Shown: one piece after another, positions 9,001 through 15,714 of the stretch
How positions within the stretch are numbered: position 1 is the first letter of the stretch
How the letters are laid out: the number at the start of each line of letters is the position of its first letter
Source: Rhodobium orientis
GTDB taxonomy: Bacteria; Pseudomonadota; Alphaproteobacteria; Rhizobiales; Rhodobiaceae
DNA length: 32,000 bases
Direction of reading: 5' to 3'
NCBI RefSeq assembly: GCF_003258835.1
Contig: NZ_NPEV01000024.1
Location: 17,941 to 49,940 of the forward strand
Position numbers and translations under genes: made by a program
The notes under the pieces: model-generated
What the model saw: the letters and a program-made list of their open reading frames with translations, nothing else
Databases searched by the model: none
Told to the model about the DNA's origin: nothing

Positions 9001-9949
9001 TTTGAAGAACTGCGAACGGTTGATCGAACTCGTCAACGACATTCTCGACATCGAGAAGATCGCTTCCGGCGAGATGAAGTTCGATCGCCGTATCGAAAAC
9101 CTGAACGAACTGGTACGTCAGGCGGTAGAGACAAACCAGCCTTATTTCGAAAAGTTCGGTGTGACAACTGTTGTCGAGGCGGATGGCACCTATGCTGTCG
9201 ACGTCGATGCAAGACGATTGCAGCAGGTGTTCTCTAACCTTTTGTCCAACGCCGCTAAATTCTCGCCTTCCGGCGGAACCGTGGACATTTTCATCGTCAG
9301 GCGGGGTGGCGCGGTCGAGGTATCTGTTGCCGATGAGGGGGCCGGCATCCCGCCGGAGTTCCAGGACAAAATCTTCAACCGCTTCAGCCAGGCAAATTCC
9401 TCCGCCACACGGAATAAGGGCGGCACCGGCCTTGGCCTGCACATCTCGCAGCAGATCGTCGAGCATCTGGACGGCAAGATCTCGTATCGTAACATACCGG
9501 GATCCGGCGCCGAGTTTACCGTCGCATTGCCACTTTGCGAGAACGGGTCGGACAGCAACGAGCCCGAGGACCAGAAGCAAAGCGTTGCGCAGAAGGACAC
9601 TGCGGACCTACCCAGAGTATTACATGTGGAGGGCGATGCGGACTTCTTCGCCATGATGTCGTCCCTCCTCAGGGGGCGCGTCAAGCTGATGCGCGCGCCC
9701 ACGCTCGCCGCTGCCCGTAAGCAGCTTTCCGAGCAGTCTTTCGATCTCCTCATCTTGGATGAAACCTTGCCGGATGGCCCGGGCCAAGAGTTGTTGGACG
9801 ATGCTTTGAGCCAGCGGGCGGATTTGCGAGTGATGATGCTCGTCAACCAGGACCAGTTACAGGTCGACGTGCGCGCCCAGAACGTCGTTAAATCCCGGCT
9901 GAAAGAGGAAGAACTTGCACGAATGATTTGTGACGTGGCAGCTAGGTGA
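6053..9949 (+). CDS. Large sensor hybrid histidine kinase: MASE1 membrane domain, CHASE, TM, three PAS, HisKA, HATPase_c, divergent C-terminal receiver
   Basis: 1298 aa. MASE1-like: LRLAVPPGYATLIWPASGIAVSALLLFGQRLWPGVFVGSF. CHASE-like: INGIGFIQPV...ITYIEPLKANEAALGLDIAFEGNRRAAAIHARDTGRPTITHRIFLVQD. PAS repeats: AGVVVLDENGTIRSANPA; GVFDIDLTTGRSFVSVTWKQMLGF...EYRLRHADGHWIWL; PVGMALISDKGKWLQVNEALCSLLGY. H-box: FIATVSHELRTPLTS. N-box: FSNLLSNAAKFSP. G1: VADEGAGIP. G2: GGTGLGLHISQQ. REC-like tail from 9608. Confidence 0.92.
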   Translation: MTAARPSAPKVPANGAPERSRGRGIGHTALPTRVVDLWRVVVVAGLYAFFGWLGLRLAVPPGYATLIWPASGIAVSALLLFGQRLWPGVFVGSFAVNAVVGEALGVDGPNWTAFAVAVSIAAGSTLQSILAVHLVRRRFGLPLVIDTMRAIVLFLLLAALLPCLIGASVGVASLLGAGVTPLSTAANNWITWWIGDVAGILIVLPLTLISPWRPWSARFRGKPLARVSRMGLLALLVPLGLTFYGWKFTSEASFEKGLSSFEVLARDNERALLNRLDAYNQSLDAGAGAFNGSFQVSAAEWRVFVDEFDIDRNLPGINGIGFIQPVKPDDLQSLLKEVARNGVSDFTVKPRRVTDRDMFVITYIEPLKANEAALGLDIAFEGNRRAAAIHARDTGRPTITHRIFLVQDKTKSAGFLLLRPLYEPFAAVGTVEERRAAFRGWVYAPFVANNFMRELTASQGKRINISVYDGPKADADMLIYTSSDDTSHQPAYRISKVLSVREQQWTVVWESTPAFAASISSKESAIVLAAGLSLTLLFGVLLMSHARREDEIQQTVERKTREIAARERQNRSIVDTALAGVVVLDENGTIRSANPATELIFGYDATELAGRPIATLMPGFQDGADIPEDAKNAAAELMETRTRSGDELFLTVQRNEWRTEAGNLRYTLIISDVTLQHRITKELEVSEQRLKQALEGARIGVFDIDLTTGRSFVSVTWKQMLGFSEDDEIEPQQQWESRLHPDDRARVKQADQDCIDGRSESSWSEYRLRHADGHWIWLRSEAIVIERDPTGRAMRMIGTQTDVSALKTAELALRDSEERFRLALENAPVGMALISDKGKWLQVNEALCSLLGYEPAEFERLDFATVTHPEELSANGDLSEFLERAAAEKQVERRFVAKNGRPIWCLFGLSRVEDQQAKHGYFVAQFQDIDARKEAERAKREFIATVSHELRTPLTSIRGSLGLVLGPAGKDLTPKIAHLLTIALKNCERLIELVNDILDIEKIASGEMKFDRRIENLNELVRQAVETNQPYFEKFGVTTVVEADGTYAVDVDARRLQQVFSNLLSNAAKFSPSGGTVDIFIVRRGGAVEVSVADEGAGIPPEFQDKIFNRFSQANSSATRNKGGTGLGLHISQQIVEHLDGKISYRNIPGSGAEFTVALPLCENGSDSNEPEDQKQSVAQKDTADLPRVLHVEGDADFFAMMSSLLRGRVKLMRAPTLAAARKQLSEQSFDLLILDETLPDGPGQELLDDALSQRADLRVMMLVNQDQLQVDVRAQNVVKSRLKEEELARMICDVAAR

Positions 9950-10318
9950 TCGGCCATTTATGGGGGCATTCTCGAATGTAAGAATCCTCACTTTTGCGCC
10001 AGCGGCCTGATAGCGGCAGCGAATGATGGTGCTGTCGATCGTCTGAGCTTGATATGGCATTGATCCACTCTCTCCAGAGGCGCCAGGATCAACTCTTAGA
10101 ACCTGCCATCATTCGGCGTCGGAACTAGCGATAAACCGAGGACCATTTGCCGAATTCCTCGGGCGGGTCACGCCGTTGGGCGCTGGAGCGCGCAATCCAG
10201 AAGATCCCGTCCAGCACTCTCTTGTGATCCTCGGTAAAAGACCACCGCGACCGCGGATGGCGACAAGGACAGGTTTAAAAAACGCTCATTCCGTATCTAC
10301 CATTAGCAAACGTGCCAA
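9950..10318 (-). pseudogene. Degenerate IS5-family (two-ORF, IS427-like) transposase remnant, multiply frameshifted and truncated
   Basis: Hand translation of the minus strand in shifting frames gives LARLLMVDTE*AFFKPVLVAIRGRGG, then RWSFTEDHKRVLDGIFWIARSSAQRRDPPEEFGKWSSVYR*FRRR, then (track ORF 9857..10060) QTIDSTIIRCRYQAAGAK...APINGRS. These match my memory of conserved IS5-family blocks (RVL.GI.W.LR.GA.WRDLP..[FY]G.W..VY.RF.RW; IDST.VRAHQHAAGAKK; AIGRSRGG). The remnant abuts the kinase stop codon. Confidence 0.55.
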
Positions 10319-10376
10319 GATGGCCTCCGCAAAAGGAAGCTTAAATCACATCACAATTTGGAACTCCAGCTTTTAA

Positions 10377-10640
10377 ATAGTTCCAAGAACTTCCACTAAT
10401 ATGTATTCGATTACAGAATAATAGTACTATGGAATGATAAAGAATATATAAAAAAATTTTTAAAGCATATGATGTCTTCAGGGTATAGTTCTAATATTCT
10501 GTATATAGTGCAATGTTCACGTTTTATTCGCTATATGCTCTTCCTTTATTCGAAGTTATATCGGTTTAACTTATATAAATTATCAACTAAAATTTCTGTT
10601 AGAATTGCACTGCAGTTCAATTTTGGCACGCAGTAATTAT
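10377..10640. other. AT-rich island (about 27% G+C by hand count over 10381-10620) in a genome otherwise above 60% G+C
   Basis: Direct base counting of four 60-nt lines gives 17, 13, 19 and 16 G+C. It contains TTTATTCG twice, 22 bp apart (10523, 10545), many TATATA runs, and a 55-codon open frame at 10469..10636. Confidence 0.85.
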
Positions 10641-10642
10641 GA

Positions 10643-11062
10643 TCAGCCCCACCGGAGTGGTCCATGTTGATTATTAGTGCATGACCGACCTTCGTCCATC
10701 AGGACGATGGTTCCCGGTGCCGGTGGGCGGTAGCCCAAAACTCTAAGCGGTCGTTTCGTCTTGAAATGCTTCCTCCATTGTTCGATCAGGATCTGCGCTT
10801 CGCTCAGGCTGTAGAAGATCTCGCTGTCAAGCAGCTCATCGCGGAACTGGGCATTGAAGCTTTCGCAATAGCCGTTCTTCCCAGGTGAGGCTGGCTCGAT
10901 GTAAGCCGTCGTGGCGCCGACTGCCTTGATCCATGTCCGCACAGCATGAGCAACGAACTCCGGGCTAATATCGGAATGGACGAAGCTATCGCATTCGGTG
11001 GGGACGAATTGGTCATGGAGATTGCCGATGCGCGCGACCAAGGAATCGATCGTTCGAACCAA
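10643..11062 (-). pseudogene. IS3-family transposase (OrfB, rve integrase-core) C-terminal fragment
   Basis: 139-aa ORF starting at a TTG with an in-frame stop just upstream. HSDISPEFVAHAVRTWIKAVGATTAYIEPASPGKNGYCESFNAQFRDELLDSEIFYSLSEAQILIEQWRKHFKTKRPLRVLGYRPPAP corresponds to the remembered block IRSDNGPEF...YIEPGSPWENGYCESFN..RDELLN.EIF.SL.EAQ..IE.WR..YN..RPHSSLGYRPPAP, with conserved residues degraded. The N-terminal two-thirds are absent. Confidence 0.75.
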
Positions 11063-11545
11063 TCCGGTCTACAACATCAGGAACCTCGTGACCGGCAACT
11101 GGCCTTAAGCCGGGACTTTTGAGTCATATGGTGACGTCGTCAACAGTTGCTGCCATGCCTGGAACACACTTATCCATCACAATAGAAAGATTATTTCCAT
11201 CGGATTGGGCGAGTGGGTCCTTGGGTTTTGACAAATACGAACGTGCGATGTCCGGGTGTAGCTGCACAATTGAACATCTTGTCCGGTTATCGTGACTCGG
11301 ATGCAGGCCATCCGTCTCATGTCGCGCAATCCCCCTCCTTTTTCACGAACCAATCGGCAAAGTGAAAGAGTTCAAAAGTCCGTGGGTGGTCCGGTCAAAA
11401 ACGGAAGGTTCGAGGTTCAGAGGTAATTCGGCCTCGGGATTGAAGGCGACATGAGAAAGACTGAGCCGTTTCTCGCTTTCAATCTCGCGGCACAAAAGGA
11501 CGGATGGCGTCATGGAATTGTGTGCAATGCTGTTGAGTAGCGATT

Positions 11546-12532
11546 ATGCCCCAGCTTTCAGAAATCCGTTACTTCGTAGCTGCGGCTGAGAATGGCAGCC
11601 TGCGCCAGGCAGCTGAAGTGATCGGGGTCGGGCAATCCACTGTCAGCCGCAGAATTATGCGCTTGGAGGACAAGCTCGGCGTTTCTCTGCTTGAGCGGAG
11701 CAATACGGGCGTCCGGCTCACCAATGCCGGCCAAAGTTACTTGCAAGATGTGCAACTCGCGCTTCAATATTTGGAGCAGGCGCGGCGTGCGGCTCATGCC
11801 GCAGGTCGCGCCGAAGTCGGGAACGTTAGAATCGGTGTTCTGACTTCGCTCGCCGGCGGTTGCCTCAGGAAACTGATAATCGCTTATCAGCGGGAGTATC
11901 CGAACGTTCAAATCGATATTCATGATGGTGGTCGGGACGAAAATATCGCGGCTCTGCGAGGGCGTGAGCTTGATATCGTTTTCGTTCCAGGTGATTGCGA
12001 ACCGCGCAACTTCGAGTGTGTCGAACTTTGGCGTGAGCCTCTCCATATTGCCTTGCCGAAAGGACACAGGCTGGCCGAGCGCTGGACGCTAGAATGGTCA
12101 GACGTCAGCGGTGAAAAGTTCATAACCAGCAGGAAGGCGCCCGGTCCAGAATTTCATGATTGCCTGGTGCGGCGTCTTGCGGGTCTTTCCATTCATGTCA
12201 ACATTGAGACTCGTGGCGTTGGTTTTGAGACCCTGATGAACCTCGTTGGTCTCGGTCAGGGCCTGGCGTTGACGACAGCTGCATGGTCGAACGTCAATCT
12301 TCCAGAGGTCGTCTTGCGACCTTTGGCAGGCAAGGGCAACATCCTTTCGTTCAATGCGATCTGGCTTGGGGAGAACGACAATCCCGCCCTTCGATGCTTG
12401 GTCAGCACGGCTCATGTACTTGTCGGACGAGTGCGGCGCGGCAACTCCGACTGGTTGCCGCCGCAGTTCGATGTCAGGGCGTCCGCGGATGAGATTTGCG
12501 CAGGCGTGCAAAGGCACGATCGGTCGCCATGA
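11546..12532 (+). CDS. LysR-family transcriptional regulator
   Basis: 328 aa, ATG start. N-terminal wHTH: LSEIRYFVAAAENGSLRQAAEVIGVGQSTVSRRIMRLEDKLGVSLLERSNTGVRLTNAGQ. LysR substrate-binding-like remainder. The 3' end overlaps the convergent DUF2274 gene by 59 nt. Confidence 0.9.
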   Translation: MPQLSEIRYFVAAAENGSLRQAAEVIGVGQSTVSRRIMRLEDKLGVSLLERSNTGVRLTNAGQSYLQDVQLALQYLEQARRAAHAAGRAEVGNVRIGVLTSLAGGCLRKLIIAYQREYPNVQIDIHDGGRDENIAALRGRELDIVFVPGDCEPRNFECVELWREPLHIALPKGHRLAERWTLEWSDVSGEKFITSRKAPGPEFHDCLVRRLAGLSIHVNIETRGVGFETLMNLVGLGQGLALTTAAWSNVNLPEVVLRPLAGKGNILSFNAIWLGENDNPALRCLVSTAHVLVGRVRRGNSDWLPPQFDVRASADEICAGVQRHDRSP

Positions 12533-12707
12533 AGCGTTGCAGCATCGGCGCTATTAGCCGGGCTGGGTCGGGTGCTGGCTTGCCAGACCCTTGGGTCATG
12601 ACTTCAGCATAGGCAACGAGGTCGCGATGAACCTCCGCGGGCAGTTCGGCGGTGATTTTGACCGGTTTGTCATCGGGAATAGCGGAGAGCTTCAGCTTGG
12701 TTGTCAT
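12474..12707 (-). CDS. DUF2274-family small protein (conserved after trbI in this ICE family)
   Basis: 77 aa. The ATG at 12707 lies 3 nt after the trbI stop. MTTKLKLSAIPDDKPVKITAELPAEVHRDLVAYAEVM...LIAPMLQRFMATDRAF matches my memory of DUF2274 proteins. Confidence 0.75.
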   Translation of the reverse strand: MTTKLKLSAIPDDKPVKITAELPAEVHRDLVAYAEVMTQGSGKPAPDPARLIAPMLQRFMATDRAFARLRKSHPRTP

Positions 12708-12710
12708 GGC

Positions 12711-13901
12711 TCAGCCTTGGTAAGGTTCAAGAACCAAATCGTGGGTGACGATCACTCGTACGGGAAAGCCGGGCCGTATCGTCAAAGTGGGGGCGACCTG
12801 TAACTGACGCTGGATGATCTGCTGCCCAGCATCGTTTGTCGTATCCTGCGCGCCGTTACGGATAGCCTGCACTAGCCGATCATCATCGTCCATTGTGAGT
12901 TCCGCGCCGACTGCGAGCAGGGTCGAGAGCCCTGCCGCTTTTGCCAAATCCCACCAATGATGATCGACACCGTCCTCCAGGCCAGCGAAACCTTCAGTAT
13001 CGGTGCCGGGCTGCCGTTCGAGCACTATGGATCTGCCATTCGGGAAGATCAGGCGGTTCCACACGAGGAGAACGCGGCGTTGGCCGAAGCCGACATCGTT
13101 GGAGTATTCGCCGATGATGCGCGTGCCTTGGGGGATGAGGAGGATTTGCCCGGACGGGCTGTCGTAGATGTGCTGAGTAACCTGAGCAGTGATCTGGCCG
13201 GGAAGATCGGATCGGATGCCGGTAATGAGAGCGGCGGGAATTACCGACCCTGCTTGAAGGACATAAGGTGAGGCCGTTGGCATGACACGATCGGGTGCAA
13301 CGGTACGGCGGTCGGCCGGTGCATTGAGGAACGAAAGCTGGCGATCCTGAGTGGTGGTTGCGCTCGCCTGTCGCGTAAGGCCAAGCCCGAGGGAACCCGG
13401 CGCCGCGGGGTCTGGGGGTCGATTCGGGGTGGTCGGGCTGGTCGTCCCAGTCTGGAAGAAGACGCGGCTGGTTCGAGCCGCTTCTGCCTCGGCGAGTCGA
13501 CGTTGTTGCTCGGGATCGGTCGCCGGCGGCGCGACAACAGGAGGCGTGACGGGCTGGCCTCTTTCCTTCGCATTGAGGATCGGCCGACCGAGATCGCCTG
13601 GCAAAGGCGGACCAAGGATCGGCCCGGCATAATCTCTTGGCAAGTCCTCGAGCCCTTCCGCAGTGCGGCGATTGTCAGTCGTGTAGAGTTCTTCGCCGGC
13701 GGTTTGGGAGCCCGGCGGCCGGAGCGCATAGATCAGCGCCCCACCAATGCCCAATGAGACGATCAGGCCGACTGCCGCCAATGTCCGCCGCGACAACCGG
13801 GTGACTTGTGGCGGCTTCGCACGCAGGCGCATTGCCGCGGCTGCGTCGGTGGGCGCACTCGTGAATTTCGGTTCCGGTTTCGCATGCTTGTCATCGTTCA
13901 T
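12711..13901 (-). CDS. trbI: Conjugal transfer protein TrbI (VirB10 homologue)
   Basis: 396 aa. SD GGAGGG upstream of the ATG. N-terminal TM: LAAVGLIVSLGIGGALIYAL. Pro-rich linker. VirB10-type C-domain: VLQAGSVIPAALITGIRSDLPGQITAQV...LIPQGTRIIGEY...RVLLVWNRLIFPNGRSI. Confidence 0.92.
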   Translation of the reverse strand: MNDDKHAKPEPKFTSAPTDAAAAMRLRAKPPQVTRLSRRTLAAVGLIVSLGIGGALIYALRPPGSQTAGEELYTTDNRRTAEGLEDLPRDYAGPILGPPLPGDLGRPILNAKERGQPVTPPVVAPPATDPEQQRRLAEAEAARTSRVFFQTGTTSPTTPNRPPDPAAPGSLGLGLTRQASATTTQDRQLSFLNAPADRRTVAPDRVMPTASPYVLQAGSVIPAALITGIRSDLPGQITAQVTQHIYDSPSGQILLIPQGTRIIGEYSNDVGFGQRRVLLVWNRLIFPNGRSIVLERQPGTDTEGFAGLEDGVDHHWWDLAKAAGLSTLLAVGAELTMDDDDRLVQAIRNGAQDTTNDAGQQIIQRQLQVAPTLTIRPGFPVRVIVTHDLVLEPYQG

Positions 13902-15034
13902 GACCCTTGCCCTCCGCTTTGCCCCCCGGCCCTTTGGGTGTTGTCACCCCTTGGGACGGGCGGACGGGCCTTTCGATCCGCTTGAAGGCGGATTGGTTTC
14001 TTACTATTCGTCACTTGCGAAGGTTCACTGGAACTTCGCATCCATGAGAGTGGACCGCTTCTCACTCCATCGTTTCTGACGATCCTGACCACCTGTTGTG
14101 AGCGGCCGCTGCCGAGCCGCAACTCGGCGGCGCCGAAAATGCGATCGACGATCAGGAAGCTATGGTGGATACGGCTATTGACGATTTGCGCTTCGCCATC
14201 GGAGCCGATCACGAAGAGCGGCGGCATCTCGCCCTGAACGATGCCGCGCGGGAACTGGATGTAGACGCGGCGTCCATCGTCGAAGACCGAAACCGGCCGC
14301 CAGGGCGGTGTGTCGCCGGTTAGTCCGTACCGGTAGCGGCGCGCACTCATCACCGGTATCGCCGGCCGTGCGGGCGTGGTTTGGCGCTGCGAGGCGGGCG
14401 GTGCGGGATAGGCCCAGGCGACGGCGGGCATGTAAGGTTCCTCGTCGGCACGCAGCTCGATCATGTAGACACGTCGATCCGTACTGATGACGAGGTTGGT
14501 TGTGATGTCGGGCCGCGTCGGCTTGACGAGGACATGAACACGGCGCGTTTGGCCGTCGCCGCTTTCGGTATCGCCAATGATCCAGCGAGCGGTATCTCCG
14601 GCCGCGATCGGTCCGGCACCGGTCAGGCGTTCTCCAGGTTCGAGAGCGATATTGGTGACCTGTCCCGGCGCGGCATACACTTGGTAAAGCGCGCCCTCGC
14701 TCCAAGGGTAGATCTGAATGGCATTGAAATAGCCCTCGCGCCTCGGTTCGACTCGGGCCGCGGCGTTGGCGTTCTCGACGCGATCGGTAGATGTGGTCGC
14801 GATCTCCCCACCATGGGCAGGTGTCCATGCTGGCGGAACGTGAAGCGGTTTTGCGCTTTCGTCGGTGATTGGAGCCGGCACGGAGGGCAGGGGCGGGACG
14901 TCGCTGTCGTAAGTGATTTCCGGTGGTTTGTAGGTGGTGCAGGCGGAAAGCGCGGAAACGGAAATCAGGAGAACAGCGAAGGAGGCTTTGCACGAAACCG
15001 TCTCTCCAGCTTTACGGAAAAGCGGCATGGTCAT
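13898..15034 (-). CDS. trbG: Conjugal transfer protein TrbG (VirB9 homologue) with an unusual 55-aa C-terminal tail
   Basis: 378 aa. Signal/lipobox-like: AVLLISVSALSAC. VirB9/CagX-type body: YQVYAAPGQVTNIALEPGERL...RVYMIELRA...VFDDGRRVYIQFP. ATGA overlaps with trbF (15031-15034) and trbI (13898-13901). Confidence 0.9.
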   Translation of the reverse strand: MTMPLFRKAGETVSCKASFAVLLISVSALSACTTYKPPEITYDSDVPPLPSVPAPITDESAKPLHVPPAWTPAHGGEIATTSTDRVENANAAARVEPRREGYFNAIQIYPWSEGALYQVYAAPGQVTNIALEPGERLTGAGPIAAGDTARWIIGDTESGDGQTRRVHVLVKPTRPDITTNLVISTDRRVYMIELRADEEPYMPAVAWAYPAPPASQRQTTPARPAIPVMSARRYRYGLTGDTPPWRPVSVFDDGRRVYIQFPRGIVQGEMPPLFVIGSDGEAQIVNSRIHHSFLIVDRIFGAAELRLGSGRSQQVVRIVRNDGVRSGPLSWMRSSSEPSQVTNSKKPIRLQADRKARPPVPRGDNTQRAGGQSGGQGS

Positions 15035-15714
15035 TGTCCGAGCTCCTTCGACCAGTGAACCGCGTTGACGTAAATGCCGAGAGGGTTCTTGCGCAGGCGT
15101 TCGGCGTTGCGGGGCGGCTGGATGACGATCGTCAGGATCGCGGTCCAGCGCTCGGTCGCGGAGAGCTGCCCGTTCTCGTAGTAGCGCTCGCTCCAGGCGA
15201 TGCGGAAGCTGTTTGGGGATGCGCGGATGACGCTGGAGACCTCGACGGCGACCTGTTGCTCGCCGACTTTGGTGAAGGGGTCGTTGGCGCGGGCATAGTC
15301 GTTCAGCGCCAGCGCGCCGCGGTCGGTGGTGAAGTCGTAGGCGCGCAGCCAGTTCTGGCGCATGATGATCGGATCGGCGGGAATGGCCCGGACATTCTCG
15401 ATGAAGCGGGCGAGGTGGAAGGCGATTTGAGGGTCGGCCGGTTCATAGTCGGCCGCGGCCGGTGCCACTGCCTGCGCCTCCCCGAGCGCATCGACCTGCA
15501 CCACCCACGGCACCACGGTACCGCGGGTCGACTGCCAGACCAGCGCGGAGGCAAAGCCGGTCGTCAGAATCAGGCAACCGAAGGCCATCAGCCGCCAATT
15601 CTTCGCCTGAACGCGCGCCGAGCCGATACGCTCGTCCCAGACTTGGGCAGCCTTCTGATAGGGGGTCTCGGGTTCGGGTGTCTTGCCGTAATGGGTTGCG
15701 GGCCGTTTGAACAT
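15031..15714 (-). CDS. trbF: Conjugal transfer protein TrbF (VirB8 homologue)
   Basis: 227 aa. N-terminal TM: WRLMAFGCLILTTGFASALVW. VirB8-like body. TGATG overlap with the trbL stop. Confidence 0.9.
   Translation of the reverse strand: MFKRPATHYGKTPEPETPYQKAAQVWDERIGSARVQAKNWRLMAFGCLILTTGFASALVWQSTRGTVVPWVVQVDALGEAQAVAPAAADYEPADPQIAFHLARFIENVRAIPADPIIMRQNWLRAYDFTTDRGALALNDYARANDPFTKVGEQQVAVEVSSVIRASPNSFRIAWSERYYENGQLSATERWTAILTIVIQPPRNAERLRKNPLGIYVNAVHWSKELGQ

Noticed and set aside
9857-10060. 67-aa minus-strand ORF overlapping the 3' end of the large kinase
   Set aside because: Its N-terminal part (QTIDSTIIRCRYQAAGAK) is just one frame segment of the decayed IS5-family transposase. The part overlapping the kinase is fortuitous. 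It is not an independent gene.
10176-10376. 66-aa plus-strand ORF (MGAGARNPEDPVQHSLVILGKRPP...)
   Set aside because: It is the antisense of the IS5-family remnant. The minus strand in the same interval gives the recognisable RVLDGIFWIARSSAQRRDPPEEFGKWSSVYR block.
11339-11346. TTTTTCAC, resembling the 8-bp TTTTTCAT/TTTTTTAT end signature I recall for Tn4371-family ICEs, near the presumed element edge
   Set aside because: It is an imperfect match of an 8-mer that is expected by chance. The partner end is not in the window, and the motif sits within or next to the SD-like AAGGAGGGGG on the opposite strand. It is not usable as evidence for an att site.
9950-11545. tRNA gene or gene 3' end as ICE integration target near the element edge
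   Set aside because: I scanned by eye for T-loop-like GGTTCGAATCC motifs and acceptor-stem complementarity. Only 'cgttcgaacc' at about 11051 was seen, inside the IS3 fragment and without a cloverleaf context. tRNAscan-SE or ARAGORN would settle this.
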